Origin: an uncultured virus (IMG/VR IMGVR_UViG_3300010998_000493) | Lineage: Duplodnaviria; Heunggongvirae; Uroviricota; Caudoviricetes | Virus record (IMG/VR): IMGVR_UViG_3300010998_000493 | DNA: 64,000 nt | Strand: one strand, 5' to 3' | Shown: positions 8,748 to 18,455 of the stretch, in pieces | Layout of the letters: every line of letters starts with the position of its first letter | Numbering within the stretch: the first letter of the stretch is position 1 | The notes under the pieces: model-generated | What the model was told of the DNA's origin: nothing | The model's input: the letters and a program-made list of their open reading frames with translations, nothing else | The model's database searches: none | Translations under genes and position numbers: made by a program

Positions 8748-9950
8748 TCAACAGCGCAATTGCTCCAAGAAATCCCGCTGGACGGTGTAATACCTGCCAG
8801 TTCGTTGAACAGCCATATAATTGGAGGCATCGTTGTAGTCGATATTATAGGTAGTGTAACGGTAAGCATTGTCTGCAGGCTTCAGTTTCCAACGTTCCTT
8901 CAGCACCTTCAAGATTTGCCACTTCTCAATCTTTACATGAGTATTCATCAGGAGAGTATGGATGTCATTCGGGCAGAAGGAAAACTGGGTAAGGTTGTGT
9001 CTTTCCATCACGTCCAGACAAAGCTCCACCATATCCAGTTCGGCACGAGGTCGGTTGTGCCGGATGATATTGTCAAGAGCTTCCGTATGAATAAGTTTCG
9101 GATTGAACCACATGCGACTCTCGCAGCAGGTTGACAGCTTTCGGTTTCTTAGGCGGCGGATGAAAGCAGGCATCTCATACTTAATGGTGCTGAGGATGTA
9201 TGGATCGTCATTAATCAGAGGTGGCACCTTGCGCACCCAATAACGTGTTTCTTCGGGGTCAATGACAAGAGGGAATGTTTCGTTGTTGGAACACAAGACA
9301 AACTTGGCGAAGAACTCCACTTCCGACCTGTCCTTCCCCTTTGCCTCCACCTTGTAGGTACGGGCCGTGCTCAGATTCTTTAGCCTTTCTGAGTCTTCTC
9401 GACGGCTAAGCAACACTTCATCCACCATGATGAGCAGTTTCCCAGCCCAGTCTGCATTGAACTGGCTTCGGAAATCCTCATTGGTATTGAATGTGGCATT
9501 ATCCTGAAACAACAGTTTGAGAAAATTGAGGAATGTGGTCTTACCCGTGTTGCGTTCTGTAGAGACCAACAGAAGGATAGGCAGTTTCTGAGTGGGTTCT
9601 TTATATAACAGTTGCAGATAGTCCATCCCTAAATCATATTGCTCATCAAAGATGTGATTGATCAATCCTAAGGTGGTCGTGCAATGCTCTTCCCAGGTCT
9701 CCCCGTGACGAAGCGGCTGGTATAGGTTTAGAAACGACCCCACTTCTTTTTGGTAGTTTGTATGAGAGGGGACAGTACAGAAACCGTCGTAACGTGGAAT
9801 GTCGGCAATAAACTTCTTCCCATAGTCTTGACGGAGGGCCTCGAGAGTCCATGGGATATACTTCTTGACAACAGAACCATCAAGAAGAGGTTGCTCTACC
9901 CACTTGTAATAAGTAGAGCCCACACGGATGAATGCATCTTTCTTATCCAT
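8748..9950 (-). CDS. Primase-associated P-loop helicase (VirE/DUF5906-like)
   Basis: Walker A RNTGKTT, Walker B IMVDE, CSNN, RYWVRK. Confidence 0.85.
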   Translation of the reverse strand: MDKKDAFIRVGSTYYKWVEQPLLDGSVVKKYIPWTLEALRQDYGKKFIADIPRYDGFCTVPSHTNYQKEVGSFLNLYQPLRHGETWEEHCTTTLGLINHIFDEQYDLGMDYLQLLYKEPTQKLPILLLVSTERNTGKTTFLNFLKLLFQDNATFNTNEDFRSQFNADWAGKLLIMVDEVLLSRREDSERLKNLSTARTYKVEAKGKDRSEVEFFAKFVLCSNNETFPLVIDPEETRYWVRKVPPLINDDPYILSTIKYEMPAFIRRLRNRKLSTCCESRMWFNPKLIHTEALDNIIRHNRPRAELDMVELCLDVMERHNLTQFSFCPNDIHTLLMNTHVKIEKWQILKVLKERWKLKPADNAYRYTTYNIDYNDASNYMAVQRTGRYYTVQRDFLEQLRC

Positions 9951-9952
9951 AA

Positions 9953-10273
9953 TCAGAAATGTCTTAGCTTAATGGAGCCTGCTTCCTTAGCCAGCGAAAG
10001 TGCCATGTCTGCATCTACGATTATCTTGCGTCCAATTTGCGTAATGGCAGCATCTATGATGCCACTGCGCTTGATGCGGTTTGCGGTAGGCACACTACAC
10101 CCAAACACCTGGGCAATGCCCTCAATTCCATAATAGGTTCGTTTCTGAACGATTGGGGTTGTTTCACTCCTCTTTGCCTCCATGCTGCTTCCAATCAAGA
10201 AGGTCAGTTCTTCGCCAGTCATCATAGCGATGGGCTTCTGGAGGAGTTGCTTGATGTCGAAATTCTTTTCCAT
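9953..10273 (-). CDS. DUF3853-like excisionase/HTH protein
   Basis: YGIEGIAQVFGCSVPTANRIKRSGIIDAAITQIGRKIIVD. Confidence 0.85.
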   Translation of the reverse strand: MEKNFDIKQLLQKPIAMMTGEELTFLIGSSMEAKRSETTPIVQKRTYYGIEGIAQVFGCSVPTANRIKRSGIIDAAITQIGRKIIVDADMALSLAKEAGSIKLRHF

Positions 10274-10378
10274 GACTATTTTTGAATTTAATTGTTCAAC
10301 GTTTGAGGCATACTGAGCCTCGTTTACATTCTCTGAAATCGATTTCGACGGCAAAGGTAATGGGTAATAGAAAAGCAA

Positions 10379-10415
10379 TCGGTCGGCTTTATTTGTAAGA
10401 AATAAAACCGACCGA
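10379..10415. terminator. Inverted repeat (terminator or regulatory site)
   Basis: TCGGTCGG-CTTTATTT...AAATAAAA-CCGACCGA between genes. Confidence 0.5.
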
Positions 10416-10447
10416 CTTTTAACAAATGAAAAGAGAAAATGGGCTTG

Positions 10448-11719
10448 TCAGGCTGTTTGGGCAAAGATGTGAGTCCAATTATCCATGATGCGCTTGGCTC
10501 GTTTATAGCTGCTCCCATAGGGGTCAAGGCTGAATGATGACGATTTCAATTCCCCATATCGTTTTTGGGGAATGTCATACCCTATCTTTCGCCCACAGAA
10601 TAGTTCTATGGCACGATGGAAAGTCATGTAGGAAAGAGAATCACTCACCTTTCCTGTTCTGACTAAAGAACGCAACAAATAGGCAAGACAGATGTCATCC
10701 GTATTTTCTGCCAGAAAGTGGTGTATCTGCTTTTTCAGAACAGGCACATTACCAATGAGTATCTCATCCAGTGTGCGGATAGTCTTCTTCTTTCCTCTTT
10801 TCCCTTTTGTCTTGTGCAGCAGGAACAAGACATCTTTCCATATTTCGGGATTGCAGTCCTCCACGGCACTCTCCCAAGATGCCTTGGTCTCTGCTCCCAG
10901 TTCCATACTTTGATGAACAAGCATATGGACACAATTACGAATGAGAACCAGCCCACTTTCATCCATTTCTTCTTTCATCAGGATGCTATTGAGAATCTTC
11001 ATCATACGAAGCAGTCCGTGGTCGATAATCACGAAATAGTACATACAATAAGCCAAGGCGTCACCATCTTCAACCACCTTATCATATAGATTTGCAAGGA
11101 AACCTGGGATGAACACAGCCTGAGCCAAAGTAAAAATGTTAGCAAAGAAGGCAAGGGCTTGATAGAACTGTTTGCGTTCCAGTTTGCAGAACAACAAGCA
11201 TCCCTTGGAACTTCGCAGCAGCTTGTCCGTCTGGCTTATAAAATGAGACTTCATGTATTGCGGCAATCTGTTCCAAATTTCCAAAGGAGTTCCAGACCGA
11301 ACCATCAGCAGCCCTTTCTGTTGAGACGTATAGATGTCCACCTTACCTGTTTTCAGATTGATACCTAACCATAACTGACGGTTGACCATACATTGAGCTA
11401 TCTTTTCGGTATATTCGCCAGCCCATTGTTTATCTGCACTTATCAAGTGCATTCGGGCAGGATTCTGAGAAACCAAATCGTAGAACCAGGTATAGAAAGC
11501 TTGGGCTTCAGGTGGAACACAAGTCTTCATCAGCGAGTACATGTCAAAGAGCACCGATAGGTCACCGGTTTCAATACGGTCAATCCGTTTCTTGAAATCT
11601 GCATACTCTTTCTTGTTTTTCAACTTCCAAGTGCAAATAAACATATCTGTCTTTTCCTTTCTCAAAGAAAAGTCGGGGAGAATCTTTGAAAAGTTCAACT
11701 TAAACATATTGCCAAGCAT
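10448..11719 (-). CDS. Conserved hypothetical protein of Bacteroidales integrative elements
   Basis: 423 aa ORF coupled to the integrase stop. Confidence 0.7.
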   Translation of the reverse strand: MLGNMFKLNFSKILPDFSLRKEKTDMFICTWKLKNKKEYADFKKRIDRIETGDLSVLFDMYSLMKTCVPPEAQAFYTWFYDLVSQNPARMHLISADKQWAGEYTEKIAQCMVNRQLWLGINLKTGKVDIYTSQQKGLLMVRSGTPLEIWNRLPQYMKSHFISQTDKLLRSSKGCLLFCKLERKQFYQALAFFANIFTLAQAVFIPGFLANLYDKVVEDGDALAYCMYYFVIIDHGLLRMMKILNSILMKEEMDESGLVLIRNCVHMLVHQSMELGAETKASWESAVEDCNPEIWKDVLFLLHKTKGKRGKKKTIRTLDEILIGNVPVLKKQIHHFLAENTDDICLAYLLRSLVRTGKVSDSLSYMTFHRAIELFCGRKIGYDIPQKRYGELKSSSFSLDPYGSSYKRAKRIMDNWTHIFAQTA

Positions 11720-13218
11720 TAGTCGTTTGACTTCTTGATGGTTTCCAAAAGGCGAACAAGATCGGCCTCTGACAAATCTGACAGTTCTGCAAGCAGCTTG
11801 TCTCGCTTTGAGAACCCAGTTTCTATGTCCAACAGTTTGGAGTTATATTCCATCTGTTTCTCCAAAGGATAAGAGTCAAGATAGATTTGTGTAATGGCAT
11901 GACTGCCTGAAGAATGCCCCATGCTTTCAGAGATATACTCCATCTCCACGCCAGCATTGCGGAGATTGGTTGCAAAAGAATGACGACACCAAGTTCCCGA
12001 AGGACGGATGGATTCATCCCAGTGAAGAGCCTCATAACATATCTTGATAACTCGGTCTTGAACATTAGAGTTCTCTTGCTGCGTCCTCATCCTGCGGTCT
12101 CTTTCACTCTCCGCACCATTGAGAATCTGAGGAAATACATATCCATCGCGTGTGGGAGGTGCTGCAATTTCATCGAGAATCTTCTGTAAAGGCTCGATGA
12201 TGGGGATGATGACTTCTGAACCATCCGCACTGTTTCTTGCAGTCTTCTTCCTATTGAAACGGAAAGCCTTGCCCCCGTTCTGGAAGTAATAAGTGTCATA
12301 CTTCAATCGTGCTGCATCAGCCATGTTGAAGCCATTGCAGAGGTACTGCACCAAGAAAAGCCCCAAAGAATAATGAGCCATCTTCGTGTAGTGTTCGCTC
12401 CAAGTCTCTGGATATTGCTTTGAAAGAAAAAGGTTGTAAAGCTCCGTCATCTGGCTGACACGAAGATAGTATTTGCGTCTCTTTCCACTTGTTGGGATGC
12501 TGACGAGTCCTTTTTCTTTCCTGTTGGAAAAGGGATAAGGTACATCTTTAAGATAGCCTTCTCGAAGGCAGGTATTCCATACGGCACGACAGGCACGGAG
12601 ATAAATGCCAGCCGTCGTGTCCCTTATCTTGCCAACGATTTTTCCTTTCTTTTTTACACCATCCCGCATACCATCCTTCCACTTCTGAATCTCTGCAGCA
12701 CTAATCTTGAAGCCTTCAATGGAATTTTCACCCATGATCTTGCGGAAAGACTTCAAAGCGCTTATATAACTCTCACTGGTTGTATAGCGGATACCGTTGT
12801 CATCTGTTTTGAGGTGATAGATGATTTCCTCCCAGATGCCAAAAAAGGAGCGGTTTTCTTTCTCTTCGGCTGTAGCTTTACCTGTTGTCACAGCCACCCG
12901 AACCATCTCAAAAGTCAAGAGCCCTCCCTTGTTAACAGCCTGCAATAAGTTTTTGTACTTAGGGACAATGGTCTCTCGCCACATCCGCTGCTCCTTATAT
13001 TTCTCTGAGGAACTTTTTGTGGCATTGCAGATGTCTGAAAACTTCTTCTCGGAGTATGACCCACCGACAGGATGATAGAAGAACTTACGATCGATGGTAA
13101 AGCGAAGCGAAAGAGGGAATTCTGTCGCATTGTGCCGTTGCGTACGGCGGTCAAGAACTAAGGAGGCGGTACAGTTACGCTCCTTGATGACGGGAAATGA
13201 TTTTGTCAATGTTGCCAT
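11719..13218 (-). CDS. Tyrosine recombinase/integrase
   Basis: Arm-binding N-terminus (FPLSLRFTIDRK), R.KT, RHSFAT, MGHS..TQIY catalytic Tyr. Confidence 0.93.
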   Translation of the reverse strand: MATLTKSFPVIKERNCTASLVLDRRTQRHNATEFPLSLRFTIDRKFFYHPVGGSYSEKKFSDICNATKSSSEKYKEQRMWRETIVPKYKNLLQAVNKGGLLTFEMVRVAVTTGKATAEEKENRSFFGIWEEIIYHLKTDDNGIRYTTSESYISALKSFRKIMGENSIEGFKISAAEIQKWKDGMRDGVKKKGKIVGKIRDTTAGIYLRACRAVWNTCLREGYLKDVPYPFSNRKEKGLVSIPTSGKRRKYYLRVSQMTELYNLFLSKQYPETWSEHYTKMAHYSLGLFLVQYLCNGFNMADAARLKYDTYYFQNGGKAFRFNRKKTARNSADGSEVIIPIIEPLQKILDEIAAPPTRDGYVFPQILNGAESERDRRMRTQQENSNVQDRVIKICYEALHWDESIRPSGTWCRHSFATNLRNAGVEMEYISESMGHSSGSHAITQIYLDSYPLEKQMEYNSKLLDIETGFSKRDKLLAELSDLSEADLVRLLETIKKSND

Positions 13219-13258
13219 GATGGTGGACTTTAGAGTTTAACATGCTCTCTATAGCCCA

Positions 13259-13514
13259 TGTCCCTGCGTGACGAGAAGTGTATATACGCAAGAACCGCTA
13301 TACACATTTACCCTTATAGAGTAAAAATGTATAGCGGGACACAATCATTTGGCATTCCTGATGCTATATGGGAGTGGGAGGTCGGCTGGTCACTCTCCTC
13401 AGGTAGCCTTTTACTGCCGATATCCAAGATGTGTCAACAGACCTTTTGCATCCTGGCCTCTCAACAGAGTTGACCCTTCGCATGAAACACCTTTTGGTTT
13501 CGCCCGCAAAGTTA
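13259..13514 (-). promoter_or_regulatory. Integrase promoter and ~290 nt structured leader
   Basis: TAACTTTG on minus strand at 13507-13514; long hairpin CCGCTATAC...GTATAGCGG at 13295-13337. Confidence 0.55.
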
Positions 13515-13698
13515 CGAAGATTCTGTGAATCTCACAAAGAATTACAGGATATTAACATCAAAGAATGAGATAAACAATAAATTTGCATGCAATTTACTGA
13601 TAAGAACGGCAAAAATCGATGAGTTGGCCTTTATGGGCAATCTTTTTTATACACTCTGTGTATAAGCAAAATGGACTCTAAAAATAGTCTCGAAAAGT

Positions 13699-13730
13699 TT
13701 TGGCTAATCGTTTGGAAACATGTACCTTTG
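13699..13730 (+). promoter_or_regulatory. Bacteroidetes primary-sigma promoter
   Basis: TTTG (13699-13702), 20 nt spacer, TACCTTTG (13723-13730). Confidence 0.8.
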
Positions 13731-13732
13731 CA

Positions 13733-14243
13733 GCCAATTATAGGTTGGCCTATAGTTCCCGTAGGGGCAGGGCAAGCTAACTGTAGCCTTGTTGGTCGGG
13801 AACATCCATTTGGTATGAGCCGTAAGGCGAATACGTTAGAGGCGAACTCCTGAGAGACGTGAAAGCAGAAGTTAAGCGATGCGAGTAATGTCGTTAGTGT
13901 AGGGACGGAACCCAGGAATGAAAAAACAGACTTACCACCTGTCTTCTCCCATTCCCGTTTACTGGATTGGCAAGAATACTTTCTTGCGTTAGTTTTCAAG
14001 CCTTCGGAAGATGCTCCGGAGCAAAGAGTAAAGTAAACCCAGGCATACCTGGAAGGAATGTTAAACCATTAATGCGTTTTCACGCAGAGAGGAGATTTTA
14101 TGCACACCATTAAAACATTAAACAGGTAAGAGCGCGCTCGCAGTGACTTTTACGCATGTATAGTGACTCGAGTTAGTCGCTCTATTATCCATTCCTTATC
14201 TTTTCGGCAGAAAAGGTGAGGCTTAATGGCGTATTGCCATAAG
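13733..14243 (+). ncRNA. Candidate large, multi-branched structured ncRNA (family unknown)
   Basis: Consensus promoter directly upstream; at least five nested long-range helices plus many local hairpins; no credible ORF. Confidence 0.65.
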
Positions 14244-14282
14244 TATAATCTATCAAGAAAACGATTTATAAGCAAAGAGACA

Positions 14283-14600
14283 ATGATAACGAAAGAAGAA
14301 TTTGTGAACTCTCTGAATAAACTGAAAGAGCAAAGTGACATAGACCATCAATTCAATTATCACATGGAGCAGGCATTTCCAGGCAGCTATGCACCATTAT
14401 ATCATAATGTATTGTGGGAATTGAGCGTGCACCTCCTTGAACTATCTGTAAAGGATGATGAAAAATACGTTTCATGGTGGATATTTGAGACAGACTTCGG
14501 CAAGAGAGATATTGTAAACTCCCTAAGAGTGAATGACAAGCCTGTTGATGTAAGCACCCCAGAGAAACTATACGATTTCCTAGTTGAACCCATTAAATGA
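14283..14600 (+). CDS. Hypothetical protein (phage-like)
   Basis: MITKEEF..YVSWWIFETDFG..TPEKLYDFL; ATG 14283 has A-rich context. Confidence 0.75.
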   Translation: MITKEEFVNSLNKLKEQSDIDHQFNYHMEQAFPGSYAPLYHNVLWELSVHLLELSVKDDEKYVSWWIFETDFGKRDIVNSLRVNDKPVDVSTPEKLYDFLVEPIK

Positions 14601-15478
14601 AAAGAACAATGAAGATTGACATAAAGAAAAAAGGAAATGAACTACTATATCAAGAGGCTTTAATCTGGATGGGCTATCGGTATGCTATTGGTCTTACGGA
14701 AGGAAGCAAGGCCATTCAGGAATATAAACAGTTCAGAGACATCGAATACGACACTCCTGAATTTCATGCTTTAGCCGCAGAGATCTCCAATTATCTGCGC
14801 CGAAAGAAGATAAAAGACGTTGTTGACCTTCGAAACCGTCTTGTAGAAAATGACTTGCAATGGTACTCTGTCCATTACGCTTTGGGAAGACATAGCTATG
14901 CTTCGGTGCACTGTCACGACATTGCACAATATGGGCGAGAGGTGCTGGATAACAACAGAAAAGAGTTTATGGCCTTTGACATTCGTAGGGAAATATCAGA
15001 ACGCCTGAAATGGAGCCTGAATTTTCATCAGCCGATTGGTTCAGAGGACCGACTTAACCCGATAGAAATGCTCATGAACTTTCTCAAAGAACATTCCGTT
15101 ACGAGTGCTAATGAAATTGCACGTTATAAATGGATTGAGGTTTCTGAGGAACAGGATGGAACTATTTCATTCCACACAAAGTTAGCCGAGGATGAAACTG
15201 GGAGCACAAGCTACTTGTCTTTCTCTTCTACCATAGACGATCTTTTGGGATGGAATGATTTGGCCTCTTACTTCGACCCTAAATGCCATAAGCATTGCAA
15301 GGTGAGATATAATAACGAGGAGAAAATAATAGAGTATTTTGACTCCTGGCATCGATGCTCATATCAAGAAGGAGTATTCCCATATCAAAAAGTAAAAATT
15401 GCTATTGAGACTTATGAAAAGAATCCTTCTCGATATTGCTATATTTGTGAAGAGTATGTTATAGAAGATGATATTTGA
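14597..15478 (+). CDS. Hypothetical protein
   Basis: 293 aa, translationally coupled; internal repeat RYAIG / HYALGRHSYA. Confidence 0.75.
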   Translation: MKRTMKIDIKKKGNELLYQEALIWMGYRYAIGLTEGSKAIQEYKQFRDIEYDTPEFHALAAEISNYLRRKKIKDVVDLRNRLVENDLQWYSVHYALGRHSYASVHCHDIAQYGREVLDNNRKEFMAFDIRREISERLKWSLNFHQPIGSEDRLNPIEMLMNFLKEHSVTSANEIARYKWIEVSEEQDGTISFHTKLAEDETGSTSYLSFSSTIDDLLGWNDLASYFDPKCHKHCKVRYNNEEKIIEYFDSWHRCSYQEGVFPYQKVKIAIETYEKNPSRYCYICEEYVIEDDI

Positions 15479-15498
15479 ATAAACAAACAAGAAACAAT

Positions 15499-17076
15499 AT
15501 GGATTACAAAATAATACAACCCATCATAAGCAGAGTTCTCCAAAGTGGTCACGACGGAGAATTCTATGTGGATAAGAATTCGTTCGCCTTGGTAAAGGAA
15601 ATACAAAAGGCGCTCTCCATCTTTGAGCCTATTGAAGATGACGAGGCTCGCATGATTTGGCTGGAAATACCTCGTGGTACTGCTGAAGAATGGAAAGATT
15701 TCGAAGATATGCACGATCAATATGTAGAAAGCGACATCGCGAGTTACAGGAAAGCATTGGCCGAGGAGTTTCCATACGAGAAACGATGGCTCTTCCTCGT
15801 TACTTCAACCTATCGTGAGAACACTTTCCTGAAAATATCTGACAGGGTTCATGAGTATGTGATATTCACCAACAGGAATCTTGATGGAAAGGAATATGCT
15901 CACGATATGAGTTGGTTCTTGGAGCCACTTCTCCATCTCGTCAAACAACGAGTAGCAGAAATAACAAGGAATCCAGAGGCATACAATCAGCATATTGATG
16001 AAGATCTACCTTATCGGCAACGCTTTGGAACAATAAAGAGTCGGTTTCTCAACAAGATAATTCCAGAGGGGAAGCTGGTGGTGAAAGACCAAGAATATTG
16101 CATCCAAGTTATGAAGGAACTGATTCGAAGAGAAAAGGTGTACGCATCGGTCAAGGAAGGAGAAGAAGTCGATTGGGAAAAGGAGGGAGTGCCTGCTCCT
16201 TTCGACACGATATCTATCCGTCGTTTCTGTAAGTACTATCGCATTGCAGATACAATCTTCTGGAAAGATTCCCACTATGAACGTGCAAAGGAAGCTGTCA
16301 GTATCGAAGACGATGTGGAATACTATCAGGATCATGGCCTACATAATGCGCTGAAGGACTATAACCTGGAAAGTGAAGAAGACTTTAAAAGCTTTGCATG
16401 TGACCACTATGGGGAACTTGGCCTGTCAAGGACTAACGTTCGGACCTCCCAATACTATGCTGGCGGCAAGTGGATATTCACTCTGGGAGTGAGCTATTCG
16501 TCTTATGTGGACAAGGCTCTTGAGATTGCGGTGGCTCTTTATGAGTCGGGAGCTCCGTTCGTGTTCCATGATGCTGAGAACCTCCTTCACATTCTCGAAG
16601 AAACCGGAACGGTTCGTATCTCGGCGTTCACTTTCCACGACTATCTGAAGGGTGATGACGATGAAGGTGTCATCAGTGTGCCTTATATAGAAGACTGCGA
16701 TAAGGAGGGAGAGCTGACTCGCCAGCAGTATGATGATATCGTACGCTATGCAGAATGGGAACCTAACGACAAAGTAGCGATAGATAAACATATTCCATTG
16801 GACGACCCAGTCTATCATCTGATACGTGATGAGGTAAACGAGTCTATTACGCTTAGCGAAATCCGGAAGCGGATAGAGAAGAAATATGACTGCTATCTTG
16901 GGGTTGCACAAAAGAGCGGATATTCAGGCTATTATCATGTAGGAGCCTTGAGGAACAGACAAATGTCTGCTGGGATTGAGGACATATATTATCCAACTTT
17001 CAACGAGGCGATGAAGGCGCTTATACTAAGCATAAAGGTTTTAGAACAATATACAAACGATAATAGAACAGAGTAA
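15499..17076 (+). CDS. Hypothetical protein
   Basis: Long acidic ORF within the operon. Confidence 0.75.
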   Translation: MDYKIIQPIISRVLQSGHDGEFYVDKNSFALVKEIQKALSIFEPIEDDEARMIWLEIPRGTAEEWKDFEDMHDQYVESDIASYRKALAEEFPYEKRWLFLVTSTYRENTFLKISDRVHEYVIFTNRNLDGKEYAHDMSWFLEPLLHLVKQRVAEITRNPEAYNQHIDEDLPYRQRFGTIKSRFLNKIIPEGKLVVKDQEYCIQVMKELIRREKVYASVKEGEEVDWEKEGVPAPFDTISIRRFCKYYRIADTIFWKDSHYERAKEAVSIEDDVEYYQDHGLHNALKDYNLESEEDFKSFACDHYGELGLSRTNVRTSQYYAGGKWIFTLGVSYSSYVDKALEIAVALYESGAPFVFHDAENLLHILEETGTVRISAFTFHDYLKGDDDEGVISVPYIEDCDKEGELTRQQYDDIVRYAEWEPNDKVAIDKHIPLDDPVYHLIRDEVNESITLSEIRKRIEKKYDCYLGVAQKSGYSGYYHVGALRNRQMSAGIEDIYYPTFNEAMKALILSIKVLEQYTNDNRTE

Positions 17077-17078
17077 AT

Positions 17079-17657
17079 ATGGGAATAGATATAAGTTTTC
17101 ACATAGAGGTGCGCCACAGAAACGAGTGGCGGCCTCTTATATGGCAAATGCCAATAGAATTGAAGTCACACAAAGACGAAAAAGACGAAGGCAAGGAGTG
17201 GTTCACCAACAGCTGTTGCTACTGGTGCCGGTATTACCATTTCCGTGACTTTCTAGATGATTATGGGAGTGTGGGGTTGCCTGACGATGTGAGCCCCCAA
17301 ATGAAGACAGAACTATCTGACTATGAGATGGGACAGGGCTATTTCATGTTGTCAGATCTTAGTAATTTCTGCGAGCAGCAAGAGAAGGACTTGCTTGTAA
17401 GGCTTTTTCAATCACGTGACTATCAGATTACCAAACAACTGAACCGCATAGAGAGGTTTTTGAAGCAAGAGTCTACAACAAAGGATGAATCTGATGGGAT
17501 TGGTTATGAAGGAATGGGCATCAAGGAAATCTACGAAGACTTCCAGGATGAGTATTGGTATTACCAAAGCCTTCATCTTTCTGTGAGAGGATTCCTAAGA
17601 GGAGCCAAGGCTTCTGTGAACGACAAGGATGTCAGGGTTTTATATGGAGTATGGTAA
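17079..17657 (+). CDS. Hypothetical protein (phage-like)
   Basis: MGIDISFHIEV..GLPDDVS..DVRVLY pattern. Confidence 0.75.
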   Translation: MGIDISFHIEVRHRNEWRPLIWQMPIELKSHKDEKDEGKEWFTNSCCYWCRYYHFRDFLDDYGSVGLPDDVSPQMKTELSDYEMGQGYFMLSDLSNFCEQQEKDLLVRLFQSRDYQITKQLNRIERFLKQESTTKDESDGIGYEGMGIKEIYEDFQDEYWYYQSLHLSVRGFLRGAKASVNDKDVRVLYGVW

Positions 17658-17675
17658 ACATTAAACAAAAGAACA

Positions 17676-18443
17676 ATGAAGATACAATACATGAGTGACC
17701 TGCATATGGAGTTCGCAGAGAACAGCAGGTACATAAAGCATAATGAGTTTCCTGTAACAGGAGACGTGCTCGTATTGGCAGGTGATACATTCTATCTGAA
17801 CAATACGGTTGCTCCACTCAGTAAGTTCTGGAAGTGGGCATCGGCTAACTACCGTCATGTGCTGATAGTCCCAGGCAACCATGAGTATTACCAGTTTTGT
17901 GATGTTATGGAGCGTGGTCTACAATGGAAATGGATGTTCAAAGACAATGTGGGCATCTATCAGAATCAGGTAGTTCGGATTGACAACACTGATTTCGTCC
18001 TGAGTACGTTGTGGTCAAACATTCCTGCACAGGATGAGTATTTCGTGTGGAAAGGGTTGAACGATTTTCGTCAAACTAAATACAAAGGAAAGCTCATCCA
18101 GGTGAATGAGTATAACCAACTGCATCAGTTCTGTTTGGACTTCGTCAGGAAAAGCGTGGTGGAGAGTACGGCTAAAAAGATAGTCGTGGTGACCCACCAC
18201 TTGCCTACTCGGCAGGTGGTGGCACCACAGCATTTGGACTCGCTCATCAATAGTGCCTTCGCTACGGAACTGGGTGACTTCATTGCCAACAGCCGTATCA
18301 ATGTATGGATATATGGCCACTCCCATACCAATATAGATGCTACCATTGGCAAGACTAGAATAGTCAGCAACCAATTGGGGTATGTCTTCAATAATGAGCA
18401 TCTTTTGAACGGATTTGATGCAGGAAAGTATGTTGAACTATAA
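17676..18443 (+). CDS. Calcineurin-like metallophosphoesterase
   Basis: SDLH, LAGD, PGNHEYY, THH, GHSH motifs. Confidence 0.92.
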   Translation: MKIQYMSDLHMEFAENSRYIKHNEFPVTGDVLVLAGDTFYLNNTVAPLSKFWKWASANYRHVLIVPGNHEYYQFCDVMERGLQWKWMFKDNVGIYQNQVVRIDNTDFVLSTLWSNIPAQDEYFVWKGLNDFRQTKYKGKLIQVNEYNQLHQFCLDFVRKSVVESTAKKIVVVTHHLPTRQVVAPQHLDSLINSAFATELGDFIANSRINVWIYGHSHTNIDATIGKTRIVSNQLGYVFNNEHLLNGFDAGKYVEL

Positions 18444-18455
18444 AAAGTTAAGAAC

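Noticed and set aside
12320..12350. Inactive integrase because the first catalytic Arg motif reads GFNMAD
   Set aside because: Substitution at this position is known in functional Bacteroidetes integrases (e.g. IntDOT); the other catalytic motifs are intact
13733..14243. Group I/II intron, RNase P, tmRNA or retron msr-msd
   Set aside because: No GUGCG 5' end or domain V, no RNase P GAGGAAAGUCC, no tRNA-like ends, no interrupted gene and no RT nearby
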